Part shown: positions 38,874 through 51,075 of the stretch, piece by piece
Layout: each line of letters begins with the position of its first letter
Position numbering within the stretch: position 1 is the stretch's first letter
Source of the DNA: Malacoraja senta
Lineage: Eukaryota
Reading direction: 5' to 3'
Length of the DNA stretch: 64,000 nucleotides
Assembly (NCBI GenBank): GCA_038087875.1
Contig: CM075988.1
Coordinates: 248,001-312,000 of the forward strand
Program-made: the position numbers and the translations under genes
The notes under the pieces: generated by a model
What the model saw: only the letters and a program-made list of their open reading frames with translations
What the model was told of the DNA's origin: nothing
Database searches by the model: none

Positions 38874-39199
38874 CTTCTGTCCCATTGGGCTCGAGGTTCC
38901 CATTATTAACCCCGTACCCCTCTCCCATGCTTCCTTGGGGCTCCCGGCTCCCCCCTCTCTCTCCGTCATCCGTCTCTTCCATTCCTTCTCCGACATCTTC
39001 CTCAATCTTTCGTCGGTCATTTTCCCCTGCCTCCCCCGTGTCTCCTTCGGTATTTTGTTGCTTTTCTTCTCTTCTCTCTCCAGTGGCCATTACCACCCCC
39101 TCGATCATCTCGCCTCCTGACTCGGCTGCTCCCTGGCTTTGGTGGGTCACCCCCTCTTCACAGGGGGGCGTATTCCGTGTAAATATCTCACAGGTCATC
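38874..39199 (-). CDS. slc43a3: SLC43A3-like central cytoplasmic-loop exon (326 bp, phase 2-1)
   Basis: ttttcccccatag|GATGACC...ACAGAAG|gtgag; open 108-codon Glu/Gly-rich stretch; its phases exactly bridge the flanking exons. Identified by position and phase, not by sequence similarity. Confidence 0.8.
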
Positions 39200-39274
39200 C
39201 TATGGGGGAAAACAATCAATCGTCTCCATGTCATTGACACAGATCGAATTGCAGCACAAGCTCTCAGGGTATTT

Positions 39275-41405
39275 GACATCATGACATCAACCGGCTCAAC
39301 TTCTCCACTCGTGACATCAACCGCCTCAACTTCTCCACTCCCCTGTCTCACTCCAATCTCTCCCCCCCTGAACGCACTGCCATCGACTCACTCCGCAACA
39401 ACCTAGATTGGGTTATCAAACCCGCCGACAAGGGAGGTGCCGTGGTAGTCTGGCGCGTCGATCTCTACAAAGCTGAGGCCACGCGCCAACTCTCGGACAC
39501 CTCCTCCTACTTACCCCTGGACCATGACCCCACTGACGAGCACCAGGCTACCATCTCCAGCACCATCACCGACTTCATCCACTCCCACGCCCTGCCCGAC
39601 CGAGCCTCCAACCTCATCGTTCCCCAGCCCCGCACAGCCCGCTTTTACCTTCTCCCCAAAATCCACAAACCTGACTGTCCCGGTAGACACATTGTCTCTG
39701 CCTGTTCGTGGCACACCGAACTCATCTCCACCTACTTCGACTCCATCCTATCCCCCTTGGTTAAATCCCTCCCTACCTATGTTCAAGACACCTCAGACAC
39801 TCTCCGTCGTCTCCGCGCATTCCACTCTCTAGGCCCTCACCCCCTCATCTTCACCATGGACGTCCAGTCATTGTACACCTCCATCCCCCACCAGGATGGT
39901 CTCGAAGCCCTCCATTTTTTCCTCGACCGTAGAAGTAACCTATACCCGGCCACTGACACCCTCCTCCACCCTCCTTACCCTCAATAACTTCTCATTTGAC
40001 TCCTCCCATTTCCTCCAAATACAAGGCGTAGCTATGGGCACACGCATGGGCCCCAGCTACGCCTGCCTCTTTGTCGGGTACGTAGAACAATCCTTGTTCA
40101 ATGCGTACCAGGGCCCCATCCCCGACCTCTACCTCCGCTACATCAATGACTGTTTTGGTGCCACATCTTGCACCCACACACAACTGACTGACTTCATCCG
40201 CTTCATCACCAACTTCCATCCGGCATTCAAATACACCTGGACCATTTCCGACACTTCCCTACCATTCCTTGACCTCACTATCTCCATCGCAGGTGATAGA
40301 CTTCTTACCGACATACACTACAAACCTACCGACTCCCATGGCTATCTGGACTACACTTCTTCCCACCCTGCTTCCTGTAAGGACTCCATCCCCCACTCCC
40401 AATTCCTCCGTCTACGCCGCATCTGCTCCCAGGATGAGGCGTTCCACACCAGGGCATCCGAAATGTCCTCATTTTTCAGGGAACGGGGGTTCCCCTCCTC
40501 CACCATAGATGAGGCTCGCACCAGGGTCTCTGCCATACCCCGCAACACTGCTCTCTCTCCACATCCCCCCACTCACAACAAGGGCAGAGTCCCCCTAGTC
40601 CTCACCTTTCATCCCACCAGCCGTCACATACAAGTGATCCTCCATCAGTTTCGCCACCTCTAACGTGACCCCACCACTCGCCACATCTTCCCATCTCCCC
40701 CCATGTCTGCCTTCCGCAAAGACTGCTCCCTCCGTAACTCCCTTGTCAATTCTTCCCTTCCCTTCCATACCACCCCCTCCCCGGGTACTTTCCCTTGCAA
40801 CCGCAAGAGATGCAACACTTGTCCCTTCACCTCCCCCCTCGACTCCATTCAAGGACCTAAGCAGTCGTTCCAGGTGCGACAGAGGTTCACCTGCATCTCC
40901 TCCAACCTCATCTATTGCATCCGCTGCTCTAGATGTCAGCTGATCTACATCGGTGAGACCAAGCGGAGGCTTGGCGATCGTTTCGCCGAACACCTCCGGT
41001 CGGTCCGCAATAACCAACCTGACCTCCCGGTGGCTCAGCACTTCAACTCCCCCTCCCATTCCGTATCTGACCTCTCTGTCCTGGGTCTCCTCCATGGCCA
41101 CAGCGAGCAACACCGGAAATTGGAGGAAATGCACCTCATATTCCGCTTGGGCAGTCTACATCCTGGGGGCTTGAACATTGAATTCTCCCAATCCTGCTAG
41201 CCCTTGCTGTCCCCTCCCCTTCATCAGCCCTCTGGTTGTCTCCTCCCCTCCCCCAGCCCTCGGGCTCCTCCTCTGCCTTTTTTCCTTTCTTCTCCCCACC
41301 CCCTATCAGTCTGAAGAAGGGTTTCGGCCCGAAACATTGCCTGTTTCCTTCGTTCCATAGATGCTGCTGCACCAGCTGAGTTTCTCCAGCATTTTTGTGT
41401 ACCCA
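39275..41405 (+). mobile_element. Penelope-like element (RT, GIY-YIG, pLTR), disrupted
   Basis: IKPADKG, LPKIHK, MDVQSLYTSIP, GVAMG, YLRYIND and GIY-YIG motifs; one frameshift and one stop; 14-bp TSD ctctcagggtattt at 39261-39274 and 41406-41419. Confidence 0.95.
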
Positions 41406-42124
41406 CTCTCAGGGTATTTATTGTGTGTGGGACTGAGTCCAATGAAACCTACTTGAGAATTCATCCCATTTCCAGTGAATTTGTGTGTATAACCGGTTAC
41501 TTATGTTATTACCTCACCCCACTACACAAATCTCAAGCCTTGTTGGTACAGTATATGTTACAATTCCTCCCCAGGCTACGGACTCGTCATTTGGTATTCT
41601 ACATGGAAACTTTCCGATTCTCTCCAATATATTCAAGATTGATTATATAAACCATTGCATTATCTCGAATACACTTAGGCTGTAACTCGTTCCTTGGTAT
41701 CTGCCATTCGATGTAACATTCTTCAAATGCATCAAGTAAATTCCAGTCTACTGCTCACATTCAGGGATGTATTACTCAACATATAACTGCTCCGACCCCA
41801 AAATCATAATTATATTAATTCCCAGAATACATTATCAGATATTGTTATTCCCGATGTAAAAAATTGTTATTCCCCATAAAACACACACACACACACGTTT
41901 ATTTTACGATTGGATTCATTGCGAGTAATTCGCTCGAGGGGGTAACTGCTATGGATATAATCTGTCTTTGATATAATCTCCCAGTCTGCAATTCATTCCA
42001 GTCATCTGTTTTCTGTGTAAAAATCCACTGAATCCCATGATTAGAATCTAATCCAGTCTATGTACAAACGTTGTTGCACCATCCCGCATTTATTCGCCAG
42101 CCAAACTCAGAGCTCTCAGCTTAC

Positions 42125-42264
42125 CCGTAGCTGTACCCCGGTGGCAGGAAGTAGGGGATGTGTGTCCGGGGCAGCAGGAATATAGTTCGAAGTACATGGA
42201 TGAGGCTCAGGCCACTGATGAACAAGAAGATGGATCTCAGGGAGATATTGGTTTCATACAACAC
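42125..42264 (-). CDS. slc43a3: SLC43A3-like exon (140 bp, phase 0-2)
   Basis: ctgcag|GTGTTG...TACGG|gtaag; VLYETNISLRSIFLFISGLSLIHVLRTIFLLPRTHIPYFLPPGYSYG, compare SLC43A3 LLYEKGISLRASF...MPRGHIPYPLPPNYSYG; absent from the ORF track. Confidence 0.93.
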
Positions 42265-43626
42265 CTGCAGACATCAAGGCAGAGGAACGAGAATAGAGGG
42301 ACAAAATAAATGTTTGCATATACCTATGTTCTGCCACATCCACCGTCACTGCCATTACGCGTTCCCGAATCTACTAGGCTGTGGGCCGAGGAGCTTTTTC
42401 GTTTAGTTTCGTGACCCAAGACACAGAACTACCTGAATTTTTAACATATTGTGCAAAGATATTATATAAATCATACCTGAAACTCGTCAAGTACAAAACC
42501 TGCACATTTTGAAGAAATATGAGAAAAATCTCAAATTTTTTGAGCAGCAATTGCCCAATCAATGCACATTTGACATTGAGGTCAGACGCAAATTGGCCAA
42601 TCCCGCGCTTTGTTTTATGGTAGCTAGGCAGCTAGGACGCTGGGATCATGGCTGCCTCCTCATTACATGAATAGCAATAGAAAGGTTTCCAAGGATAAAG
42701 GTAATGCTAATAATTTTGTTTTTCATTTGATTTATCTTTATAATGTTATAATACCTACTGGTAAATAAAAATGAACAGTAACAAATGTAGAGCTTGGGTT
42801 AGGATTAAGGTCAGTCTGTTTGTCAGTCTGTCTGTTGTCAGTTTGTCAGTCTGTCTGTTTGTCAGTCTGTCAGTCTGTCTGTTTGTCAGACTGTCGGTTA
42901 GTCTGTCTGTCTTTCAATCTGTCGGTCGGACCGTTGGTGGGGAGCGTTGGGTCGGGCCTGCTCCGGGAGGTGAGCCTTGGGCCGGGCCTCCGCCGGGAGG
43001 TGTGGGTTGGGCCACCGGGGGGTGAGCGTTGGGCCGGGCTGCCGCCGGGAGATGAGGGTTGGGCCTCCGGGAAGTGAGTGTTGGGCCGGGCCTCCGGTGA
43101 GTGCTGCGAGGAGTCGGTCGGGCTGTCGGCCGGCCGGCCGGTGTTGCAGCAAGTGGGCGGGCGGTCTGATGGAGCCGGCGCTATCTGGGTGCTGAAGGCG
43201 GCCCGGGCGACGTGCAAGGCAGTGGTGCCCCCCTCCATCGCCACCACCAGAAGGGCATGCTGGCCGAGATGGACGCGCTGCGGTCCCAAAGCGGTTCCAG
43301 CTCCAGCTTTGGGCAGCTCTGGGAGGGAGGCGAGTTAGGATTAGGGTTAGGCATTTTCCTGCCTTAGCCTTCCCCCAGCCTGGCACTGCCCCAATCCAAC
43401 TATGGCCGCGACCCCCACTCGGCACACTGGCAGTCAGTGGGGTTCAGTAAACAGGGGAACCCACAGGAACTGCCCTGACCTATTAATTAGGCTGGTTCAG
43501 GAGGACCTCTGCGACAGTCTCATTCAAAAAACACACACAATTATATTCATATTATTTTTATAGGATACAATTATACATAATTATATATGATTAGTCATAT
43601 TCACAAGATAGATAGATATATATATA

Positions 43627-44047
43627 CTAGACCAAGTGCAGACCCGTTGGGTCTGGTCCCCGAAAGTGCTTGACACCCCGGGGTGTTGTTCCCGAACGTG
43701 CTTCAGACCCCGGGGTGAAAATCTGCTGAAAAAAAGATGGCGTCTTTTTCGGAAAAAATCGGAGAAAATCGGCGAAAAAAAGATTGCGTCGTTTTCGGTG
43801 AAAATCGGAGAAAAAAAGATGGCGTCGTTTTCGGAGAAAATCACATGGGGGTGGGGGGGGGATGCGTTTTATTAAAAAACGTGTACATAAACAGGACCGA
43901 ATTTAATCAGGAGTGGCTATTCGTAAAGATAAATGTCATCTCTTTGGAAATGGTAAAAAATATGGGCCCGCTGTGTGGGCCAGGGGCGGTATCAAAGGCG
44001 ACGTACAGACGTACGACAGCCAGAGAGTTTTAAAAGTATAATATAGA
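43627..44047 (-). mobile_element. Non-autonomous Helitron
   Basis: 5' A|TCTATAT...; 3' hairpin CAGACCC/GGGTCTG plus CTAG|T; lies in an (AT)n tract. Confidence 0.8.
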
Positions 44048-44055
44048 TATATATA

Positions 44056-44185
44056 TCTTGTGAATAACCCCCCTCCCCCCGTGTGTGTGGGGGGTGGTTA
44101 GTGTGCGTGTGAAGCCGCAGCAACCCCCCCCCTCCCCCCACCGCGCGTTGGGGGAACAGACCCAGCGGGTCTGCACTTGGTCTAG
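44056..44185 (+). mobile_element. Mini Helitron (about 130 bp)
   Basis: A|TC...CAGACCC-agc-GGGTCTG-cacttggt-CTAG|T. Confidence 0.7.
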
Positions 44186-44539
44186 TATATTACTAAAACT
44201 AAGATCTTGACCGCTTTTGACTTACTGTTTTGTGATTTCCGAGAGAACGCCGCAACTTACGGCCGTCATTTTTGGCCACCTCGCTCAGAGCCCCCCTGGA
44301 CCAGAGGCTTTTTCCCATCGATGAGAGATCAGAGAAATCAGAGAGATATTAATGTTTTAAAAAATGTTGCCATTCTCTCTGCTGCCCCCACTGGCGGCAG
44401 GGGGGAGGGACTATAAAACCCGGAAGTGTCGTGGCTCACTCAGTCTCTGCCAGACGGAGGAAGCGAGAGGGTCACGGCTCTCTGAGCTGCGAATAACACT
44501 GAACGCACATCTACTCCATGGTGAGTCCCCGGGATGTGG

Positions 44540-45400
44540 TTTTCAGAAAATGTGTTAGTTGCTTGCAAAGTGTTTGCCCAATTGGCTTTTTGGCTTTTAA
44601 AAGGGCTTTCAGAAAATGTGTTTTGTTGGCTTACAAAGTGTTTGCCCAATTGGCTTTTTAAAGGGCTTTCAAAACATGTGTTTTGTTGGCTTGCAAAGTG
44701 TTTGCCCAATTGGCTTTTTAAAGGGCTTTCAGAAAATGTGTTTTGTTGGCTTGCAAAGTGTTTGCCCAATTGGCTTTTTGGCTTTTTAAAGGGCTTTCAG
44801 AAAATGTGTTTTGTTGGCTTGCAAAGTGTTTGCCCAATTGGCTATTTGGCTTTTTGGCTTTTTTAAGGGTTTTCAGAAAATGTGTTTTGTTGTCTTGCAA
44901 AGTGTTTGCCCAATTGTTTTTTGGGCTTTTTAAAGGGCTTTCAGAAAATGTGTTTTGTTGACTTGCGAAGTGTTTGCCCAATTGGCTTTTTAAAGGGCTT
45001 TCAGAAAATGTGTTTTGTTGGCTTGCGAAGTGTTTGTCCAATTGGCTTTTTGGATTTTTAAAGGGCTTTCAGAAAATGTGATTTGTTGGCTTGCAAAGTG
45101 TTTATACAATTGGCTTTTTGGCTTTTTAAAGGGCTTTCAGAAAATGTGTTTTGTTGGCTTGGAAAGTGTTTGCCCAATTGGGTTTTTAAAGGGCTTTCAG
45201 AAAACGTGTTTTGTTGACTTGCAAAGTGTTTGCCCAATTGGCTTTTTAAAGGGCTCTCAGTTTAAAGGGCTCTCAGAAAACGTGTTTTGTTGGCTTGCAA
45301 AGTGTTTGCCCAATTGGCTTTTTGGCTTTTTAAAGGGCTCTCAGAAAACGTGTTTTGTTGGCTTGCAAAGTGTTTGCCCAATTGGCTTGGCTTTTAAAGG
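44540..45400. repeat. 60-bp tandem repeat, about 13 copies
   Basis: Unit TTTTTAAAGGGCTTTCAGAAAATGTGTTTTGTTGGCTTGCAAAGTGTTTGCCCAATTGGC. Confidence 0.93.
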
Positions 45401-45489
45401 GCTTGCTTGCAACAGTTTTCGGATGGATAAAGCGTGAATAAACATTTTATTAGATCAGGACTGTGTTTAATTGCAAAATTGGCACTCAT

Positions 45490-45600
45490 TCCGTGACTTC
45501 CACTTAGTGGCAAGATGGCGCCGATGACGTAATTTCCGGTTAGCGGCAAGATGGAGCTGAGTGCGTCATTTCCGGTTCGTGGCAAGATGGCGCTGACTGC
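45490..45600 (+). promoter_or_regulatory. 36-bp triplicated YY1/ETS/CRE-like motif cluster
   Basis: CAAGATGG at 45511, 45547 and 45583; TTCCGG twice; TGACGTAA. Motif match only. Confidence 0.35.
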
Positions 45601-45799
45601 AGAAGGCACAGAGTGAAGACATCGTTGAATAATTCAAGAGAGCTTACTGCTCTGTCTATGGTGAGTGTGTTTGTTGGACTTATTTAAAGCACGTTTTTGC
45701 TTCAGCAGCAGCCTCGACAGGAGGCTTTAAACGTTGAATCTTTCGGTTTACACACTGTATGTTCAGAACGTTCTGAAGTTACTTGGCATTTTAGTATTG

Positions 45800-45941
45800 G
45801 TTGTGTGTGAGTGAGTCTGTGTGTGTGTATGCGAGTCTGTGTGTGTAGCTGTGTGTGTGTGTGTGTGTGTGTGTGAGCCTGTGTCTGTGTGAGTGAGTCT
45901 GTGTGTGTGTGTGTGAGTCTGTGTGTGTGTGTGGCTGTGCA

Positions 45942-45975
<34 letters not shown>

Positions 45976-46915
45976 CCTGTGTGTGTGAGCCTGTGTGTGT
46001 GTGTGTGAGCCTGTGTGTGTGTGAGCCTGTGTGTGTGTCTGTGTGAGTGAGTCTGTGTGTGAGTGTGTCTGAAAGTGTGTGTCTGTGTGCGAGTGGGTAA
46101 GTGTGTGTCTGTGTGCGAGTGGGTCTGTGTGCGAGTGGGTCTGTGTGCGAGTGGGTCTGTGTGCGAGTGGGTCTGTGTGCGAGTGGGTCTGTGTGCGAGT
46201 GGGTCTGTGTGCGAGTGGGTCTGTGTGCGAGTGGGTCTGTGTGCGAGTGGGTCTGTGTGCGAGTGGGTCTGTGTGCGAGTGGGTCTGTGTGCGAGTGGGT
46301 CTGTGTGCGAGTGGGTCTGTGTGCGAGTGGGTCTGTGTGCGAGTGGGTCTGTGTGCGAGTGGGTCTGTGTGCGAGTGGGTCTGTGTGCGAGTGGGTCTGT
46401 GTGCGAGTGGGTCTGTGTGCGAGTGGGTCTGTGTGCGAGTGGGTCTGTGTGCGAGTGGGTCTGTGTGCGAGTGGGTCTGTGTGCGAGTGGGTCTGTGTGC
46501 GAGTGGGTCTGTGTGCGAGTGGGTCTGTGTGCGAGTGGGTCTGTGTGCGAGTGGGTCTGTGTGCGAGTGGGTCTGTGTGCGAGTGGGTCTGTGTGCGAGT
46601 GGGTCTGTGTGCGAGTGGGTCTGTGTGCGAGTGGGTCTGTGTGCGAGTGGGTCTGTGTGCGAGTGGGTCTGTGTGCGAGTGGGTCTGTGTGCGAGTGGGT
46701 CTGTGTGCGAGTGGGTCTGTGTGCGAGTGGGTCTGTGTGCGAGTGGGTCTGTGTGCGAGTGGGTCTGTGTGCGAGTGGGTCTGTGTGCGAGTGGGTCTGT
46801 GTGCGAGTGGGTCTGTGTGCGAGTGGGTCTGTGTGCGAGTGGGTCTGTGTGCGAGTGGGTCTGTGTGTGAGTGGGTCTGTGTGTGAGTGTGTGTCTGAGA
46901 GTCTGTGTATGTGTA
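45800..46915. repeat. (TG)n microsatellite grading into a perfect 16-bp minisatellite
   Basis: (GTCTGTGTGCGAGTGG) about 47 times at about 46107-46866. Confidence 0.97.
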
Positions 46916-47056
46916 TAGGGAGGTTACACGTAAGGTCTCCGGGTGAAAGGGCTTGACGAACGGAACCACGCAATCCATCTGAAGGACATCGCAGCTTCTG
47001 GTACATGTTGTTAATACACAAAAAGCGTACTTTCCTACCTGTTAAAAGGCGCCAAA

Positions 47057-47276
47057 ATGGTGAATTTTTGCGCTGTAAATAATTGTGGAAGTCAGGGTAA
47101 CCGTGAGAGACATCTATCCAACTTCAGAATTCCAAAAGTGAAGACAAATGAAGGTGAAGAGAAGCAAGAGCTGATGGGAAAACAACAGCTAAAGTGCTTG
47201 GCGAATATTGGCCGTACAGATATCGAGATTGAAAATATTGGGAATCATCGCGTTTGCTCACTGCATTTCATCAACA
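47057..47276 (+). pseudogene. THAP zinc-finger domain exon fragment, probably transposon-derived
   Basis: MVNFCAVNNC...FRIP...RVCSLHF followed by a GTAAGG donor; conserved Trp appears replaced by Cys. Confidence 0.72.
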
Positions 47277-47682
47277 GTAAGGCATTATTTGTGTTTTTTC
47301 TTGATTCGTTTGGTATCTAAAAAGTTTCAGAAGTGATAAATCTGGCTGTAAAATTTTTAAATCGCCCATTGTTCTGAAGTGGGTTTTTACATGCAAAAAG
47401 AAAACTCTTCTGAAGCTAAATTTATCATTAAATAAATCTCCAGACTTACGAGTGGTGTGTGGAAAAGTACGTTTTCTCTCATTATGGTATTGAGATGTAT
47501 ATTTTGGCAAATAATAAAATGTCCTGACAGCTTAAACACCCACTCCCTTTCAATAGGATATTGTCAATTTGCTGAGGTTGATTATGTCCAATTAACAGCT
47601 AACAATTATGCCATTGCTTGGCTTGCATCCGAGTAAAATGTAATTCAAAACCCACGTACGGTTTGCGATTTTTTTTAAGGAT

Positions 47683-47875
47683 ACTGCCAGCCCATCAGCT
47701 GTGAGTGACTGAACTGCCAGCCCACCAGCCATGAGTGACTGCACTGCCAGCCCACCAGCCGTGAGTAAGTGAACTGCCAGCCTACCAGCCGTGAGTGACT
47801 GCACTGCCAGCCCATCATCCGTGAGTAAGTGAACTGCCAGCCCACCAGCTGTAAGTGACTGAAGTGCCAGCCCAA
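47683..47875. repeat. 30-bp tandem repeat
   Basis: actgccagcccaccagccgtgagtgactgc about 6 times. Confidence 0.9.
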
Positions 47876-47894
47876 TAATCCATTCAGTCCATCG

Positions 47895-50800
47895 TGGGGG
47901 AACCAGTTCTGGGGGAGGTGGGACCAGTACAGACAGGACTGTCTGCACCTGGGCTGGAATTGAACCAATGTCCTTGGGGGAGTGTTTGCTAGTGCTGTCG
48001 GGGAGGATTTAAACTAATGTGGCAGGGGGGTGGGAGCATGACCAGAGAGACAGAGGGGTGTAAAATGAGGGTAGAAGCAATAGGGAGCAAGGTGAAAAGT
48101 AAAAGTGGCAGGCAGACAAATACAGGGCAAAAATCAAAAAGGGCCACTTTTCAACATAATTGTATAAGGGTAAAGAGAGTTGTAAAAACAAGCCTGAAGG
48201 CTTTGTGTCTCAATGCAAGGAGCATTCGTAATAAGGTGGATGAGTTAACGTGCAGATAGTTGTTAATGAATATGATATAGTTGGGATAACGGAGACATGG
48301 CTCCAGGGTGACCAAGGCTGGGAGATGAACATCCAGGGATATTCAATATTTAGGGGGAATAGACAGAAAGAAAAAGGAGGTGGGGTAGCGTTGCTGGTTA
48401 GAGAGGAGATTAATGCAATAGAAAGGTAAGACATTAGGTTGGAAGATGTGGAATCGATATGGGTAGAGCTGCGAAACACTAAGGGGCAGAAAACGCTAGT
48501 GGGAGTTGTTTACAGGCCACCTAACAGTAGTAGTGGAGTTGGGTGTGGCATCAAACAGGAAATTAGAAATGCGTACAACAAAGGTAAAACAGTTATAATG
48601 GGTGACTTCAATCTACTTATAGATTGGGTGAATCAAATTGGCAGTGGTGCTGAGGAAGAGGATTTCTTGGAATGTATCTAAACCAACATGTTTCTAAACC
48701 AATATGTAGAGGAACCAACGAGAGAGCAGGCTAATCTAGACTGGGTATTGAGTAATGAGGACGGGTTAGTTAGCAGTCTTGTTGTGCGTGGCCCCTTGGG
48801 CAAGAGTGACCATAATATGGTTGAGTTCTTCATTAGGATGGAGAGTGACATTGTTAATTCAGAAACAAGGGTCCAGAACTTAAAGAAAGGTAACTTTGAG
48901 GGTATGAAACGTGAATTGGCAATTGATTCTTAAAGGGTTGACGGTGGATATGCAATAGAAGGCATTTAAAGACTGCATGGATGAACTACAACAATTGTTC
49001 ATCCCAGTTTGGCAAAAGAATAAATCAGGGAAGGTAGTGCATCCGTGGCTAACAAGGGAAATCAGGGATAGTAGCAAAACAAAAGATGAAGCATACAAAT
49101 TAGCCAGAAAAAGCAGCCTACAAGGGGACTGGGAGAAATTCAGTCCTGCAGAGGAGGACAAAGGGCTTAATTAGGAAAGGGAAAATAGATTATGAAAGAA
49201 AACTGGCAGGGAACATAAAACCTGACTGCAAAGTTTTTATAGATATGTGAAGTGAAAAAGATTAATTAAAACAAATGTAGGTCCCTCGCAGTCAGAAACA
49301 GGTGAATTGATCATGGGGAACAAGGACATGGCAGACCAATTGAATAACTACTTTGGTTCTGTCTTCACTAAGGAAGACATAAATAATCTGCCGGAAATAG
49401 CAGGGGACCGGGGGTCAAATGAGCTGGAGGAACTGAGTGAAATCCAGGTTAGCCGGGAAGTGGTGTAAGGTAAATTGAATAGATTAAAGGCCGATAAATA
49501 CCCAGGGCCAGATAAGTTGCATCCCAGAGTACTTAAGGAAGTAGCCCCAGAAATAGTGGATGCATTAGTGATAATTTTTCAAAACTCTTTAGATTCTGGA
49601 GTAGTTCCTGAGGATTGCAGAGTAGCTAATGTAACCCCACTTTTTAAAAAGGGAGGGAGAGAGAAAACAGGGAATTACAGACCAGTTAGTCTAACATCGG
49701 TAGTGGGGAAAATGCTAGAGTCAATTATGAAAGATGGGATTACAGCACATTTGGAAAATGGTGAAATCATTGGACATAGTCAGCATGGATTTATGAAAGG
49801 TAAATCATGTCTGACGAATCTTACAGAATTTTTCGAGGATGTAACTAGTAGAGTGGATAAGGGAGAACCAGTGGATGTGTTATATCTGGACTTTCAGAAG
49901 GCTTTCGACAAGGTCCCACATAAGAGATTAGTATGCGAACGTAAAGCACACGGTATTGGGGGTTCAGTATTGATGTGGATAGAGAACTGGCTGGCAGACA
50001 GGAAGCAAAGAGTAGGAGTAAACGGGCCCTTTTCAGAATGGCAGGCAGTGACTAGTGGGGTACCGCAAGGCTCAGTGCAGGGACCCCAGCTATTTACAAT
50101 AGATCAGTCACGGATTGTGTTGTTGCTCCGTAATGTAGGGAAACAAACAGTTCAGTTAAACCAGAGAGAGACAGATTCAACGCAAATATGACCATAATAA
50201 GAGGATCGGTTAGTAATTTCGGAAGGACTTTAGCATCTAGAACGGATCCTTGTGGACAAGTAGGGATTTTACAATCTTTGTAGGATCAGCAATACAGGTC
50301 ATTGAAAGAGTCTGATAATTTAATTACTTTGGAACAGTAAATCATATTTAATAAGGCTGGACAGCGGAATGTAAACTGTAAATATAACCCAGCAGTAAAG
50401 ATAAAATTAACTTAAAATATTTCCACATCCACCATTTCAACTAGAAACAGGACAGATGATTTGAGTACAGGAGCAAGAGGTTTACTGCAGTTGTACAGGG
50501 CCTTGGTGAGACCACACCTGGAGTATTGTGTACAGTTTTGGTCTCCTAATCTGAGGAAGGACATTCTTGCCATAGAGGGAGTACAGAGAAGGTTCACCAG
50601 ACTGATTCCTGGGATGTCAGGACTTTCATATGAAGAAAGACTGGATAGACTCGGCTTGTACTCGCTAGAATTTAGAAGATTGAGGGGGGATCTTATAGAA
50701 ACTTACAAAATTATTAAGGGGTTGGACAGGCTAGATGCAGGAAGATTGTTCCCGATGTTGGGGAAGTCCAGAACACGGGGTCTCAGTTTAAGGATAAGGG

Positions 50801-51075
50801 GGAAGTCTTTTAGGACCGAGATGAGAAAAACATTTTTCACACAGAGAGTGGTGAATCTGTGGAATTCTCTGCCACAGAAGGTAGTTGAGGCCAGTTCATT
50901 GGCTATATTTAAGAGGGAGTTAAATGTGGCCCTTGTGGCTAAATGGATCAGCGGGTATGGAGAGAAGGCAGGTACAGGATACTGAGTTGGATGATCAGCC
51001 ATGGCGGTGCAGGCTCGAAGAGCCGAATGGCCTACTCCTGCTCCTATTTCCTATGTTTCTATCTATGTTTCTATC
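47895..51075 (+). mobile_element. CR1 family A (ORF1 end, APE, RT, 3' UTR), disrupted
   Basis: GVVYRPP, MGDFN and SDHN endonuclease motifs; RT motifs; 50101-50457 is non-CR1 sequence. Confidence 0.92.

Noticed and set aside
42930..43440. GC/CpG-rich stretch as a host promoter
   Set aside because: It lies within the TIR-bounded shell in the middle of the gene, and I found no supporting exon
45702..47021. Long His/Thr- and Cys/Val-rich ORFs of 260-439 aa
   Set aside because: Artefacts of a stop-free 16-bp repeat
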